Assembly (NCBI GenBank): GCA_965198095.1
Contig: OZ240239.1
Coordinates: 1,018,816-1,082,815, forward strand
DNA from: Candidatus Latescibacterota bacterium
Lineage (GTDB): Bacteria; Latescibacterota; UBA2968; GCA-2709665
DNA length: 64,000 nt
Direction of reading: 5' to 3'
The notes under the pieces are model-generated. The model saw only the letters and a list, made by a program, of their open reading frames with translations, did no database searches and was not told the DNA's origin. This document shows, piece by piece, positions 39,297 through 48,969 of the stretch. The first letter of the stretch is position 1, and each line of letters opens with the position of its first letter. A program made the translations under genes and the position numbers.

Positions 39297-39396
39297 CACG
39301 TGACGGTGGTGCACGGATGGCGAGAGATGGACTGGCTTTGGCATACCGGTCGTCGAAGGGGTGGACGGATGGGGAGAGATGCCCGCCGGGACGTCT

Positions 39397-40485
39397 CTAC
39401 GGCGGACTCCAGACCTCTTTCAAGAGCCGGATCCAGTTTCCGGAGAGGATGTTTCGGACATCTTCGTCGGCGTATCCCCTGCGTTCGAAGATCGCTCTGA
39501 ACTTTTGGAGGTCTTGACTCGTGTTGAAGTCGCGCGGGGCCTGTTCGGTGCCGAAACCGGCGTCCACGTCGGTGCCGAGTCCGGCGTGGCGGGCGTTGCC
39601 CGCGACCTCGCAGACGTGGTCGATGTGATCGGCAACCGTCTCGAGGGTCGCTCTGGTTGTTTGTTTATACGGTGCGGTCGTGTGTTGCCACTCCGTGTCC
39701 AACATCCAGGCATCGAATGCGGAACCGATCACGCCCCCTCTTTCGATCACGGCCCTCAGCATGTCGTCGCTGAGCTGGCGCTGGTCGGGCACGAGGGCGC
39801 GGCAGTTGCAGTGGGAGGCGACCACGGGTCCGTCATAGACGTCGAGGAGCTCCCAGAAAGATTGGTCGGTCAGGTGGGTGAGATCGACGATGATGCCGAG
39901 TTCGCTGAAGGCGTCCAGGAGCGGCTTGGCGGGCGGGAGCAGGCCCCCCTCCGTGCCGCTGCCGTGGGCATAGCTGGTGACGCCGTAGTGAGAGAGGCTG
40001 GCGATGCGGAGTCCCGTGTCGTACCACTCCCGGACGTGATCGGGATCCAGGATCGGGTCGCATCCTTCGAGCGCGAGGACGAGGCCGATCGGCGTATCGG
40101 GCGCGGGGGCCTCCCAGCCGGCGACGACGTCATCCAGGTCCTGCGCGGACCGGACGATTCGGATCACGCCTTCTCTTTCCATGGCGTGGTAGTAGGCGGC
40201 GTGGCCGTAGGCGATGCCGTAACACTGCGCCTGGGTGTAGCACCCGATTCGGGTCCAGTTGTCTTTCGGGGCCAACCGGGCGGTCGCGGTCGCGATGACG
40301 AGCCCGACGTGGCCCTTGTGGAGCTCGTGGAATGTGGTCGTGCTGCTCCCGTAGGTCTCCATGACCTTCGGCGTGTCGTGGGTGCGCACGGTTGTCGCCG
40401 GCTGGGTGAGGTCGCGGTTGGCGTGCAGCGCGGTGAAGGCGAGGTCGAGATGACCGTCGGCGATGAGGATGGGGTTTTCAGTCAA
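39397..40485 (-). CDS. Membrane (renal-type) dipeptidase, peptidase family M19 - paralog 1
   Basis: ADGHLDLAF, a DLTHL-type metal site, ASHCNCRAL and GTDVDAGFG. ~75% identical to paralog 2. Confidence 0.85.
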   Translation of the reverse strand: MTENPILIADGHLDLAFTALHANRDLTQPATTVRTHDTPKVMETYGSSTTTFHELHKGHVGLVIATATARLAPKDNWTRIGCYTQAQCYGIAYGHAAYYHAMEREGVIRIVRSAQDLDDVVAGWEAPAPDTPIGLVLALEGCDPILDPDHVREWYDTGLRIASLSHYGVTSYAHGSGTEGGLLPPAKPLLDAFSELGIIVDLTHLTDQSFWELLDVYDGPVVASHCNCRALVPDQRQLSDDMLRAVIERGGVIGSAFDAWMLDTEWQHTTAPYKQTTRATLETVADHIDHVCEVAGNARHAGLGTDVDAGFGTEQAPRDFNTSQDLQKFRAIFERRGYADEDVRNILSGNWIRLLKEVWSPP

Positions 40486-40568
40486 GGGTCGCGTCTCCCC
40501 GATGCCTGGGCTGAAGGGTGTGTTCCTCGAAGATTGGATATGGACTGTTCGACGCTCTTCCTCAGCGG

Positions 40569-41669
40569 CTACGTGCTGCCTTCCTTCTCGCTCCAGGCGG
40601 CCTTCAAGAGCCGGATCCAGTTCCCCGACAGGATGTTCCCGACTTCTTCGTGCGAGTAGCCTCTGCGCGCGAAGATTTCCGCGAATTTCCGGAGATCCGC
40701 GATCGTGTTGAGGTCGCGCGGGGACTGCTCCGTGCCGTAGCCGCCGTCCAGGTCGGTTCCGATGGCGGCGTGGCGCGCGTTGCCGGCGAGGTCGCAGACG
40801 TGGTCGACGTGATCGGCGACCGTCTGGAGGGTCGCGTTCGTGATCTGTTCATAAGCCGGTCGCTCGTGGCCCCACTCCGGGTCCAGCATCCAGACGTCGA
40901 ACGCGGCACCGATCACGCCGCCCCGTTCGATGATCGACTTGATCATGTCGTCGCTGAGCTGGCGCTGGTTGGGGACGAGGGCGCGGCAGTTGCTGTGGGA
41001 GGCGAGCACGGGGCCGTCGTAGACGTCCAGGAGCTCCCAGTGAGACGGGTCGCTGAGGTGGGTGAGGTCGACGATGATGCCGGCCTCCCGGAAGGCGTCC
41101 AGGAGGGGCCTGGCCGTGGGCAGCAGGCCGCCCTCCGTACCGGTGCCGTGGGCGTAGCGGCTCACGCCGTAGTGTGTCAGGCCGGCCACGCGCACGCCCA
41201 GGTCGTACCACTCCCGAACCTGTTCGGGATCCCGAATGCCGTCGCAGCCTTCAAAGGCCAGCACCAGGCCGATCGGGGTGTCCGGGGCCGGATCTTCCCA
41301 GCTCGCGACGACCCGATCCAGGTCCTGAGCCGAGCGGACGATCCGGATCACGCCTTCCCGCTCCATCGCTTGATAGTAGGCGATGTGGCCCCTGACGACG
41401 CCGTAGCACTGGGTCTGGTCGTACATGCCGAGCCCGGTCCAGTTGTCCTTGGGCCCGACCTTGGCTGTCGCGGTCCCGAAGACGAGCCCGACGTGTCCCT
41501 TTCTGAGCTCGTGGAAACTGACCGTGCAGCTTCCGAAGGTCCGCATCACCGCCGGCGCATCGTGCGTGCGGATCGTGGCCGCCGGAACCGTGAGGTCGCG
41601 GTTGACCTGAAGGGCGCTGAAGGCGAGGTCGAGATGGCTGTCGGCGATCAGCGCGGGTCTGTCAGGCAT
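40569..41669 (-). CDS. Membrane dipeptidase M19 - paralog 2
   Basis: Colinear with paralog 1 (IADSHLDLAF...ASHSNCRAL...GTDLDGGYG). The start codon lies ~20 bp from tandem-repeat block 1. Confidence 0.85.
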   Translation of the reverse strand: MPDRPALIADSHLDLAFSALQVNRDLTVPAATIRTHDAPAVMRTFGSCTVSFHELRKGHVGLVFGTATAKVGPKDNWTGLGMYDQTQCYGVVRGHIAYYQAMEREGVIRIVRSAQDLDRVVASWEDPAPDTPIGLVLAFEGCDGIRDPEQVREWYDLGVRVAGLTHYGVSRYAHGTGTEGGLLPTARPLLDAFREAGIIVDLTHLSDPSHWELLDVYDGPVLASHSNCRALVPNQRQLSDDMIKSIIERGGVIGAAFDVWMLDPEWGHERPAYEQITNATLQTVADHVDHVCDLAGNARHAAIGTDLDGGYGTEQSPRDLNTIADLRKFAEIFARRGYSHEEVGNILSGNWIRLLKAAWSEKEGST

Positions 41670-41689
41670 AAGACCCTCGTTTCAAGAAA

Positions 41690-42500
41690 GGTGTAGGAGC
41701 CAACTCCGTTGGCGAAGCAAAAAGATTGCGGATTTGTTTTGCACTCATCCAATGGCCACTCATAGGGTCGGTAGAGGCGCACACCGCGATCAGATGGTTC
41801 GCCGTCGGGAGCCTGTCCTGAGCAAGCGTCAGCGAGTCGAAGGGACGGCTCCTACCGGATTATTGGGCCTATTGGATTCACCGATGTCATAACGTCCCAT
41901 ATCCGGTAGGAGCCAACTCCTGTTGGCGAAGCAAAAGATGGCGACTTGCTTTGCGCCGATCCAATAAGCCAACTCCGTTGGCGAAGCAAAAGATGGCGAC
42001 TTGCTTTGCGCCGATCCAATGGCCACCCATAGGGTCGGTAGAGGCGTACACCGCGATCAGATGGTTCGCCGTCGGGAGCCTGTCCTGAGCAAGCGTCAGC
42101 GAGTCGAAGGGACGGCTCCTACCGGATTATTGGGCCCAATGGATTCACCGATGTCATAACGTCCCATATCCGGTAGGAGCCAACTCCTGTTGGCGAAGCA
42201 AAAGATGGCGACTTGCTTTGCGCCGATCCAATAAGCCAACTCCGTTGGCGAAGCCGAAGATGGCGATTTGTTTTGCACCAGTCCAATGGCCACTCATGGT
42301 CGGTAGAGGCGTACACCGCGATCAGATGGTTCGCCGTCGGGAGCCTGTCCTGAGCAAGCGTCAGCGAGTCGAAGGGACGGCTCCTACCGGATTGTTGGGC
42401 CTAATGGATTCACCGATGTCATAACGTCCCATATCCGGTAGGAGCCAACTCCTGTTGGCGAAGCAATAGATGGCGATTTGTTTTGCGCCGATCCGATGGC
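41690..42500. repeat. Composite tandem repeat block 1 (three units of S ~55 bp plus L ~155 bp)
   Basis: The S unit is gagccaactcc(t)gttggcgaagc.aaagatggcga.ttg.tttgc.c.gatccaat. The L unit is ggccac.catagggtcggtagaggcg.acaccgcgatcagatggttcgccgtcgggagcctgtcctgagcaagcgtcagcgagtcgaagggacggctcctaccggattattgggcc.a.tggattcaccgatgtcataacgtcccatatccggtag. The block fills the whole interval between the paralog-3 stop and the paralog-2 start. Confidence 0.85.
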
Positions 42501-42502
42501 CA

Positions 42503-43627
42503 TCACTGCCACGCCTCCCTGAACAGCCGAACCGTGTTGCCGTGGGCGATCTTCGCGACGTCCTCCTCGCCATATCCCCGTTGACGCAGGATGTCCAGGA
42601 ACTTCTGCAGGTCGGCGATGGTGTCCATGTCGGTGGGCGCGTACTCTCGCCCGAACCCGCCGTCCAGGTCGGACCCGATGGCCACGTGATCGGCGTTTCC
42701 CGCGAGCTGGCAGATGTGATCGACGTGGTCCACGACGGCGTTCATGGGTCGCGTGGAAGCGGGCGGAACGCGGTCCGAGTCGATCCACGCCGGGTTGAGA
42801 AACCTTTCGACGAAGACGACGCCGATCACGCCGCCACGCTCGCAGAGTGTCTTGATCACGTCGTCACTCAAGAGGCGCTGAATCGGAACGAGGGCGCGGC
42901 AGTTGCAGTGGCTGGCGTGGATCGGTCCGTCCCAGCGGTCCAGGATCTGACGGAGGGCCAAGTCGGCGGCGTGGGTGACGTCCAGAACGATTCCGGCGGC
43001 GCGCAGCGCGTCCATCAGCGGAAATGCGGGGGGATAGAGCCCTCCGACGGTGCGCGTTCCGTGGCCGTAGGTGTTGGCCCCGTAGTGGGTGAGGGAGACG
43101 GCGCGGAGCCCGGCTTCCCACCAGTCTTCCACATTTTCCAGACCGAGGATCGGGTCGGCGCTCTCCATCGTGAGGATGAGGCCGATGGGCGTCTCAGGCG
43201 TCGGATGCGCCCACTCCGCGACAGAGGCATCCAGGTCCGCCACCGACTTGATGAACCGGATCTGCCCGTCTCGTTCCAGGGCGCGGTAGTAGGCCAAGTG
43301 GCCCATGGCCCGCGCGTATGCCGCGGCCTGCGTGCGGTCCGTATTGCCCGACGTCGGACCCGGCTCCTGCACCCGCGCCATGATCGTCCCGAGCGCGATG
43401 CCGACGTGTCCCTTCCGCATGTCGGGAAACGAGACCGTGGCGATGCCTTTGCCGACGTCGGCCCACGGATCGTGGCGGACCAGGACGGCTTCCGGGTCGG
43501 CGGTGGGCCCGAGGAGGAAACCGTCTTCCCGCTCGCGAAGGGTATCGACCGACTGGGTGAGATCGCGGCGGTGAAAGAGGGCGTTGTGCGCCAGGTCGAG
43601 GTGGCCGTCTATGATGAGGGTAGACAT
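42503..43627 (-). CDS. Membrane dipeptidase M19 - paralog 3
   Basis: IIDGHLDLAHN...ASHCNCRAL...GSDLDGGFG. More diverged from paralogs 1 and 2, and close to paralog 4. Confidence 0.85.
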   Translation of the reverse strand: MSTLIIDGHLDLAHNALFHRRDLTQSVDTLREREDGFLLGPTADPEAVLVRHDPWADVGKGIATVSFPDMRKGHVGIALGTIMARVQEPGPTSGNTDRTQAAAYARAMGHLAYYRALERDGQIRFIKSVADLDASVAEWAHPTPETPIGLILTMESADPILGLENVEDWWEAGLRAVSLTHYGANTYGHGTRTVGGLYPPAFPLMDALRAAGIVLDVTHAADLALRQILDRWDGPIHASHCNCRALVPIQRLLSDDVIKTLCERGGVIGVVFVERFLNPAWIDSDRVPPASTRPMNAVVDHVDHICQLAGNADHVAIGSDLDGGFGREYAPTDMDTIADLQKFLDILRQRGYGEEDVAKIAHGNTVRLFREAWQ

Positions 43628-43844
43628 AAAGCCGCCGGGAACGGGTACCGGGGACCCAAAACACGGGTACCGGGTACAGAAAGGCCGTTGTTCGTCGCTT
43701 GTCGTTCCGTCGTTCGCAGAAGTTGGATCACGAGACTACACGAAGCGCACGAAAAAATTGACAATGAATGTCGAACCGCGGAATACCGAATGTGGTGACA
43801 GCTGGACCACAGGCCACAGATTCCTTGTATCACAACCCCAACTC

Positions 43845-44875
43845 ACGCCCCATATCCGGTAGGAGCCAACTCCGTTGGCGAAGCCGAAGATGGCCGTATA
43901 TTATGCCGCCTAGCCAATGGCCAACTCCTGTTGGCGAAGCAAGAGATAGCGATTTGTTTTGCGCCAGTCCAATGGCCACTCATAGGGTCAGTAGAGGCGT
44001 ACACCGCGATCAGATGGTTCGCCGTCGGGAGCCTGTCCTGAGCAAGCGTCAGCGAGTCGAAGGGACGGCTCCTACCGGATTATTGGGCCCAATGGATTCA
44101 CCGATGTCATAACGTCCCATATCCGGTAGGAGCCAACTCCGTTGGCGAAGCCGAAGATGGCGATTTGTTTTGCACTCATCCAATGGCCAACTCCGTTGGC
44201 GAAGCCGAAGATGGCCGTATATTATGCCGCCTAGCCAATGGCCACTCATAGGGTCAGCAGAGGCGCACACCGCGATCAGATGGTTCGCCGTCGGGAGCCT
44301 GTCCTGAGCAAGCGTCAGCGAGTCGAAGGGACGGCTCCTACCGGATTGTTGGGCCTAATGGATTCACCGATGTCATAACGTCCCAAATCCGGTAGGAGCC
44401 AACTCCGTTGGCGAAGCCGAAGATGGCCGTATATTATGCCGCCTAGCCAATGGCCAACTCCTGTTGGCGAAGCAAGAGATAGCGATTTGTTTTGCGCCAG
44501 TCCAATGGCCACTCATAGGGTCGGTAGAGGCGCACACCGCGATCAGATGGTTCGCCGTCGGGAGCCTGTCCTGAGCAAGCGTCAGCGAGTCGAAGGGACG
44601 GCTCCTACCGGATTATTGGGCCTAATGGATTCACCGATGTCATAACGTCCCAAATCCGGTAGGAGCCAACTCCGTTGGCGAAGCCGAAGATAGCGATTTG
44701 TTTTGCACTCATCCAATGGCCACTCATAGGGTCGATAGAGGCGTACACCGCGATCAGATGGTTCGCCGTCGGGAGCCTGTCCTGAGCAAGCGTCAGCGAG
44801 TCGAAGGGACGGCTCATACCGGATTGTTGGGCCTATTGGATTCACCGATGCCATCGTGATGCGAGGCAGAAAACC
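43845..44875. repeat. Composite tandem repeat block 2 (four L units interleaved with two S variants)
   Basis: Same S and L families as block 1. One S variant carries the AT-rich insert ccgtatattatgccgcctagcc. The block runs from ~220 bp upstream of paralog 3 to the stop codon of paralog 4. Confidence 0.85.
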
Positions 44876-44884
44876 TCGGATGAA

Positions 44885-46006
44885 TCACTGCCACGCATTC
44901 CTGAACAGGCGCAGCGTGTTGCCGTGGGCGATCTTGGCCACGTCTTCCTCACCGTATCCACGCCGTCTCAGGACGTCCAGGAAGTTCTGCAGGTCGGCGA
45001 TGGTGTCCAGGTCGCAGGGGGACTTCTCGCGTCCGAACCCGCCGTCCAGATCGGACCCGATGGCGACGTGATCGGCATTTCCGGTGAGCTGACAGATGTG
45101 GTCGACGTGCTCGACGATGGCGCTCATCGGTCGGGTGAGGCCGGGCGCGGGTCCGAACATGTGCACATTCGGGTTGACGAACGTTTCGGCGAAGACCATG
45201 CCGATCACGGCGTCGCGCTCGCAGAGCGCCTTGATCATTTCATCCGTCAACAGCCGCTGGACCGGGACGAGGGCGCGGCAGTTGCAGTGGCTGGCGTGGA
45301 CCGGTCCGTCCCAGTATTCCAGCAGCTGCCAGAAGACGAGGTCGGAGGCGTGGGTCACGTCCAGCAGGACGCCCGCGTCGCGCAGGGCGTCCAGGAGCGG
45401 GTATGCGGGGGTATAGAGTCCGCCTTCGGTGCCCGTGCCGTGGCCGTAGGTGTTGGCCCCGAAATGGGTGAGCGAGACGGATCGGAGCCCGGCTTTCCAC
45501 CAGTCTTCCACATTTTCCGGCCCGAGGATCGGGTCGGCCCCTTCCATGGTGAGGATCAGGCCGACCGGCGTCTCAGGCGTCGGATGCTCCCACTCGGCAA
45601 CAGAGGCATCGAGATCTTCCGCGGATTTGATGAACCGGACTTCGCCCTCCCGCTCCAGGGCCTGGTAGTAGGCCAGATGGGAAATCCCCTGCGCGTGGGC
45701 GACGGCCTGTGTTCGCACGGAGTTGTGGCTGTCCGGACCGGGCAGCTGGATGCGGGACATGATCGTAATCAGCCCGATGCCGACGTGCCCCCTTCGCATG
45801 TCGGGGAGAGAGACCGTGGGAACGCCGTGCTCCTTGTCTTTCCAAGCGTCTTCCTTGACGAGGACCGCTTCCGGATCGGCGGAGGGGCCGCGCAGGAGGA
45901 CGTCTTCCCGTTCGCGGAGGACCCTTGCAGGCTGCCTCTGGTCGCGGCGATTGAAGAGGCCGTTGAAAGCCAGGTCGAGGTGGCCGTCTATGATGAGGGT
46001 AGACAT
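44885..46006 (-). CDS. Membrane dipeptidase M19 - paralog 4
   Basis: IIDGHLDLAFN...ASHCNCRAL...GSDLDGGFG. The long antisense ORFs 39361-46279 (plus strand) are rejected. Confidence 0.85.
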   Translation of the reverse strand: MSTLIIDGHLDLAFNGLFNRRDQRQPARVLREREDVLLRGPSADPEAVLVKEDAWKDKEHGVPTVSLPDMRRGHVGIGLITIMSRIQLPGPDSHNSVRTQAVAHAQGISHLAYYQALEREGEVRFIKSAEDLDASVAEWEHPTPETPVGLILTMEGADPILGPENVEDWWKAGLRSVSLTHFGANTYGHGTGTEGGLYTPAYPLLDALRDAGVLLDVTHASDLVFWQLLEYWDGPVHASHCNCRALVPVQRLLTDEMIKALCERDAVIGMVFAETFVNPNVHMFGPAPGLTRPMSAIVEHVDHICQLTGNADHVAIGSDLDGGFGREKSPCDLDTIADLQNFLDVLRRRGYGEEDVAKIAHGNTLRLFRNAWQ

Positions 46007-46124
46007 AGAGCCGTTGGCAGCGGGTACCGGGGCACCAGAACACGGGTACCGGGTACCGAAAGGCCGTTGTCCGTCGCTTGTCGTTCCGTCATTCGCAAAA
46101 GTTGCATCACAAGCCTATCTCACA

Positions 46125-46435
46125 CCCCGCATCCGGTAGGAGCCAACTCCTGTTGGCGAAGCAATAGGTGGCGACGTGGGGTGCGCCGATCCAATGGCCG
46201 TCTCCCTGTTGGCGAAGCAATAGGTGGCGACGTGGGGTGCGCCGATCCAATGGCCGTCTCCCTGTTGGCGAAGCAATAGGTGGCGACGTGGGGTGCGCCG
46301 ATCCAATGGCCGTCTCCCGACGGCGACGCAATAGGTGGCGACGTGGGGTGCGCCGATCCAATGGCCGTCTCCCGACGGCGACGCAAAAGATGGCGATTTG
46401 TTTTGCACCGATCCGATGGCGCCGGTTTTGGTGGT
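46125..46435. repeat. Tandem repeat block 3 (about five ~58-bp S-like units)
   Basis: ctgttggcgaagcaataggtggcgacgtggggtgcgccgatccaatggccgtctcc repeats three times, followed by two diverged copies. It starts with the same atccggtaggagccaactcc junction as blocks 1 and 2. Confidence 0.8.
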
Positions 46436-46718
46436 ACCGACCCCTCGATACGATCCCCCGCGCCGCGGCCCGCAGCCGCTGCTCGGGATCACCTAGGGAT
46501 GCGGTAGACATGCTCTTCGTGGAGCAGGTTCCCAGCTTCAGGAGGTGCTAAGCTAATACGCCGCATCTGTGATCGCAAGGGCGAAAGAGACCGCTTTTCT
46601 GCCCAAATTTCGTTGACAGGTCTCGCAAAGTCGCTTACTTTTTCGCCGGGGCCGGGGTCAACGTTCCACGAGATCCTGATCTCGGCACTTCTGTATCCAG
46701 TCCAGCGCCTGCGGTTGG

Positions 46719-46795
46719 TCGGGGCGTGGCTCAGTCCGGTAGAGCACCTGCTTTGGGAGCAGGGGGTCGTGGGTTCAAATCCCGCCGCCCCGACC
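46719..46795 (+). tRNA. tRNA-Pro (anticodon TGG), CCA encoded
   Basis: CGGGGCGTGGCTCAGTCCGGTAGAGCACCTGCTTTGGGAGCAGGGGGTCGTGGGTTCAAATCCCGCCGCCCCGACCA. The minus ORF 46489-47166 across it is rejected. Confidence 0.85.
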
Positions 46796-47180
46796 AAAAG
46801 AAACGGCACCCACAAGAACCCTTGACGGTCTTTAGGAACCTGCTTATCGTAATCTCGACACAGATCCGCGCACCGCTCGTTATTCTTCACACGAAAGGGG
46901 GATGCGAAATGAACCTCATTTATCTGATCGCGGCGTCCCCGGGTGGTTTTATGTAGACTCTGATTCACAGGGTCAAACGATTCAGGCTTTGATTCATGCC
47001 AAAGGCAGAGTTGGAGGTCGTCCGAGGGGGCGGCCTCCTTTCTTTTTGCTTCGAGCCAAGGATGCGCAGCATCCCGTCGATTCCGCTCGGGCAGGCGCAA
47101 TGTTCCTTGGGCGGTGGGACCCCGTCCAAATCGCCGGTTTGACCCCAGGTCGGGGCGCCACCGCAAACAAGCAAGAGGGA

Positions 47181-47957
47181 ATGTTTATGAATTTCGATCT
47201 TGAGGCTTCAGAATTCCAACGCGCCTGGCTCCAGCGTGCTTTGGGAGCGTTTCACGAAGATGGATGGTTCACTGACATCCTGTATCGCGCCAAAGGTGGC
47301 AAGGAGGCCAATGTTTACTGCTGCAGGGCGAGCCCGGAGACAGGTTACGAATTCGTCGCCGCGAAGGTATACCGGCACCGTAGACTTCGATCCATGAAAA
47401 ATTACGCCGTGTACCGGGAGGGCCGGCATGTCACAAGCGATAGGCGTGAACTCCGGGCCTTGAAGAAGAAGACAAGGATAGGCAAAGCTGTTGAAGATGG
47501 CGCCTGGATAAGACACGAGTACGATACGATGACGCGACTTTACGATATGGGGGCAAGTGTGCCCGAACCTCTGGCAAGAGGCAGCACTGCGCTTTTGATG
47601 GAATATATAGGAGACGAACACGGAGCGGCGCCCCTTTTTCACGAGGTTGCCCTCAAAGAAGACCAGGCCCAGGACTTTTTCGACCGCTTGATGTACAACG
47701 TTGAGATCTTTCTGGCCCGCGACCTGGTACACGGAGACCTGTCAGCTTATAATGTCCTCTATTGGGATGACGATTTCAGGATCATTGACTTCCCTCAGGC
47801 AGTCGATCCGGTATTGAATCCCAACGCCCTCTCCCTGTTGGCACGTGATGTCGAGCGGCTATGCCAGTATTTCTCTCGGTACGGCGTGGAGGCCAACTAC
47901 GTTGATCTTGCAGCAGATCTGTGGGAGAGATTTAGTCGAAGGGAGCTCGCCGTGTGA
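47181..47957 (+). CDS. RIO-type serine protein kinase
   Basis: GKEANVY (the ATP-binding loop), the catalytic loop LVHGDLSAYNVLY and the metal-binding IIDFPQAVD are all RIO1-family signatures. An RBS AAGAGGGA precedes the ATG at 47181. Confidence 0.7.
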   Translation: MFMNFDLEASEFQRAWLQRALGAFHEDGWFTDILYRAKGGKEANVYCCRASPETGYEFVAAKVYRHRRLRSMKNYAVYREGRHVTSDRRELRALKKKTRIGKAVEDGAWIRHEYDTMTRLYDMGASVPEPLARGSTALLMEYIGDEHGAAPLFHEVALKEDQAQDFFDRLMYNVEIFLARDLVHGDLSAYNVLYWDDDFRIIDFPQAVDPVLNPNALSLLARDVERLCQYFSRYGVEANYVDLAADLWERFSRRELAV

Positions 47958-48630
47958 GGCAAAGCAGACAAGAGCAGCGGGCGACCCATCGCGCCGGGAG
48001 GCGGGTGGCTGAACGTCACCGCAGGCGCAGACAATCGCGGTCTCGATGGCGGCCCCGGCCCCCGAGGGCTATCCGAGGCTCACCCTCGCCGGGCTTTTGG
48101 CCCGTGCGAATCACACTTCGAGGTCCATTCCGTAAGCCGTACACGCGTCGGCGAGACGGCCGCGACCGACTTCCTTGCCTGCGTTGTTGGCGCTCCGCCT
48201 GCGCGAGCCACCGAGGGACGGCGCCTCGGATCCTGCGCTCGTCGATCATTCGAGAGAAACCCGGACTTGAAAGGCGCTGATATATATAAAAATTATACCT
48301 TTTCTATACATATTTTTTAACACAAATTGTATGGAACGTTTCCGGGCACCGCAGGACGCGGAGCCTTGGCGTGGAATCAGGGCATGGTTTCGTGTAACGT
48401 TATCTCGTCACTGATGACCACTCCGGACTTCCCGCGTCCCGAGACCGGAATTGCTTCCAGCGCTCCTTTTCACGCCGTAGATCCAGGTCCGAGAAGAACC
48501 GCGGAAAGTAGGCTTCGGCAGGATGGCCGATCCCAATGGCTCGCATCTTGAATTCCACAGCCGAGTTGGGTATACTTCTGTACTTCTCGCCTATCGTCAA
48601 CAATGTTAAGTCACGCAATGGAGGTTTGAA

Positions 48631-48969
48631 GTGGCGAAGAATGAGTATAAATACGGCCGATCTAAAGAGCTGAAGGTTGCTCAGTCTCTGAGGAACCGAG
48701 GTGCCAACGTTAAGACATCTAAAGGTAGCAAGGGTGCAGCGGATCTGACTGCAAAGTTTCCAAGCGGAACCAAGTGGCAGGTGCAAGTCAAATCGACACG
48801 GTCGGGCAACGCGGCCTCCCCTTCTGCCAAGGACACGGGCAGGCTCAAGCAGAGCGCTACAAAGAGGAAGGCAACTGCAGTGATAGCCAAAGTAAGTCCT
48901 AAAGGCGTAGAGTATGAATCTGCCCGGACCGGAAGATCGTTGACCCCGCCGAAATCCCGTAAGAAGTGA
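48631..48969 (+). CDS. Small PD-(D/E)xK nuclease-fold protein, Holliday-junction-resolvase (Hjc)-like
   Basis: 112 aa. KYGRSKELKVAQSLRNRGANVKTSKGSKGAADLTAKFPSGTKWQVQVKS follows the Hjc order G..E...L...G..V.R...SG...DL.A......IEVKS. GTG start with a GGAGG RBS. Local GC is ~50% against ~65% elsewhere. An AT-rich stretch at 48265-48330 lies upstream. Confidence 0.5.
   Translation: MAKNEYKYGRSKELKVAQSLRNRGANVKTSKGSKGAADLTAKFPSGTKWQVQVKSTRSGNAASPSAKDTGRLKQSATKRKATAVIAKVSPKGVEYESARTGRSLTPPKSRKK

Noticed and set aside
41912-41927. Integron attC identity for the S-unit palindrome (GCCAAC...GTTGGC as inverse-core/core sites)
   Set aside because: The core-site consensus (GTTRRRY / RYYYAAC) is only approximately met. 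Units are tandemly multiplied rather than one per cassette. No intI or attI was seen. Left as a speculation to test, not asserted.
41690-44875. Small ORFs inside the repeat blocks (e.g. 42218-42424, 43768-44112, 44436-44645 encoding ...REPVLSKRQRVEGTAPTGLLG...)
   Set aside because: The recurrent peptide is simply the translation of the repeated DNA unit (cctgtcctgagcaagcgtcagcgagtcgaagggac). They occur on both strands, with no RBS and no domain.
41690-46435. CRISPR-array interpretation of the tandem repeats
   Set aside because: The units are contiguous with no unique spacers between them. They are 55-155 bp long and sit between paralogous genes. No cas genes are nearby.
46489-47166. Minus-strand 225-aa ORF
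   Set aside because: It spans tRNA-Pro and the start of the RIO kinase, with no domain.
47954-48280. Arg-rich 108-aa ORF after the RIO kinase
   Set aside because: Extreme Arg/Pro composition, no RBS, and likely non-coding spacer before the low-GC cassette.
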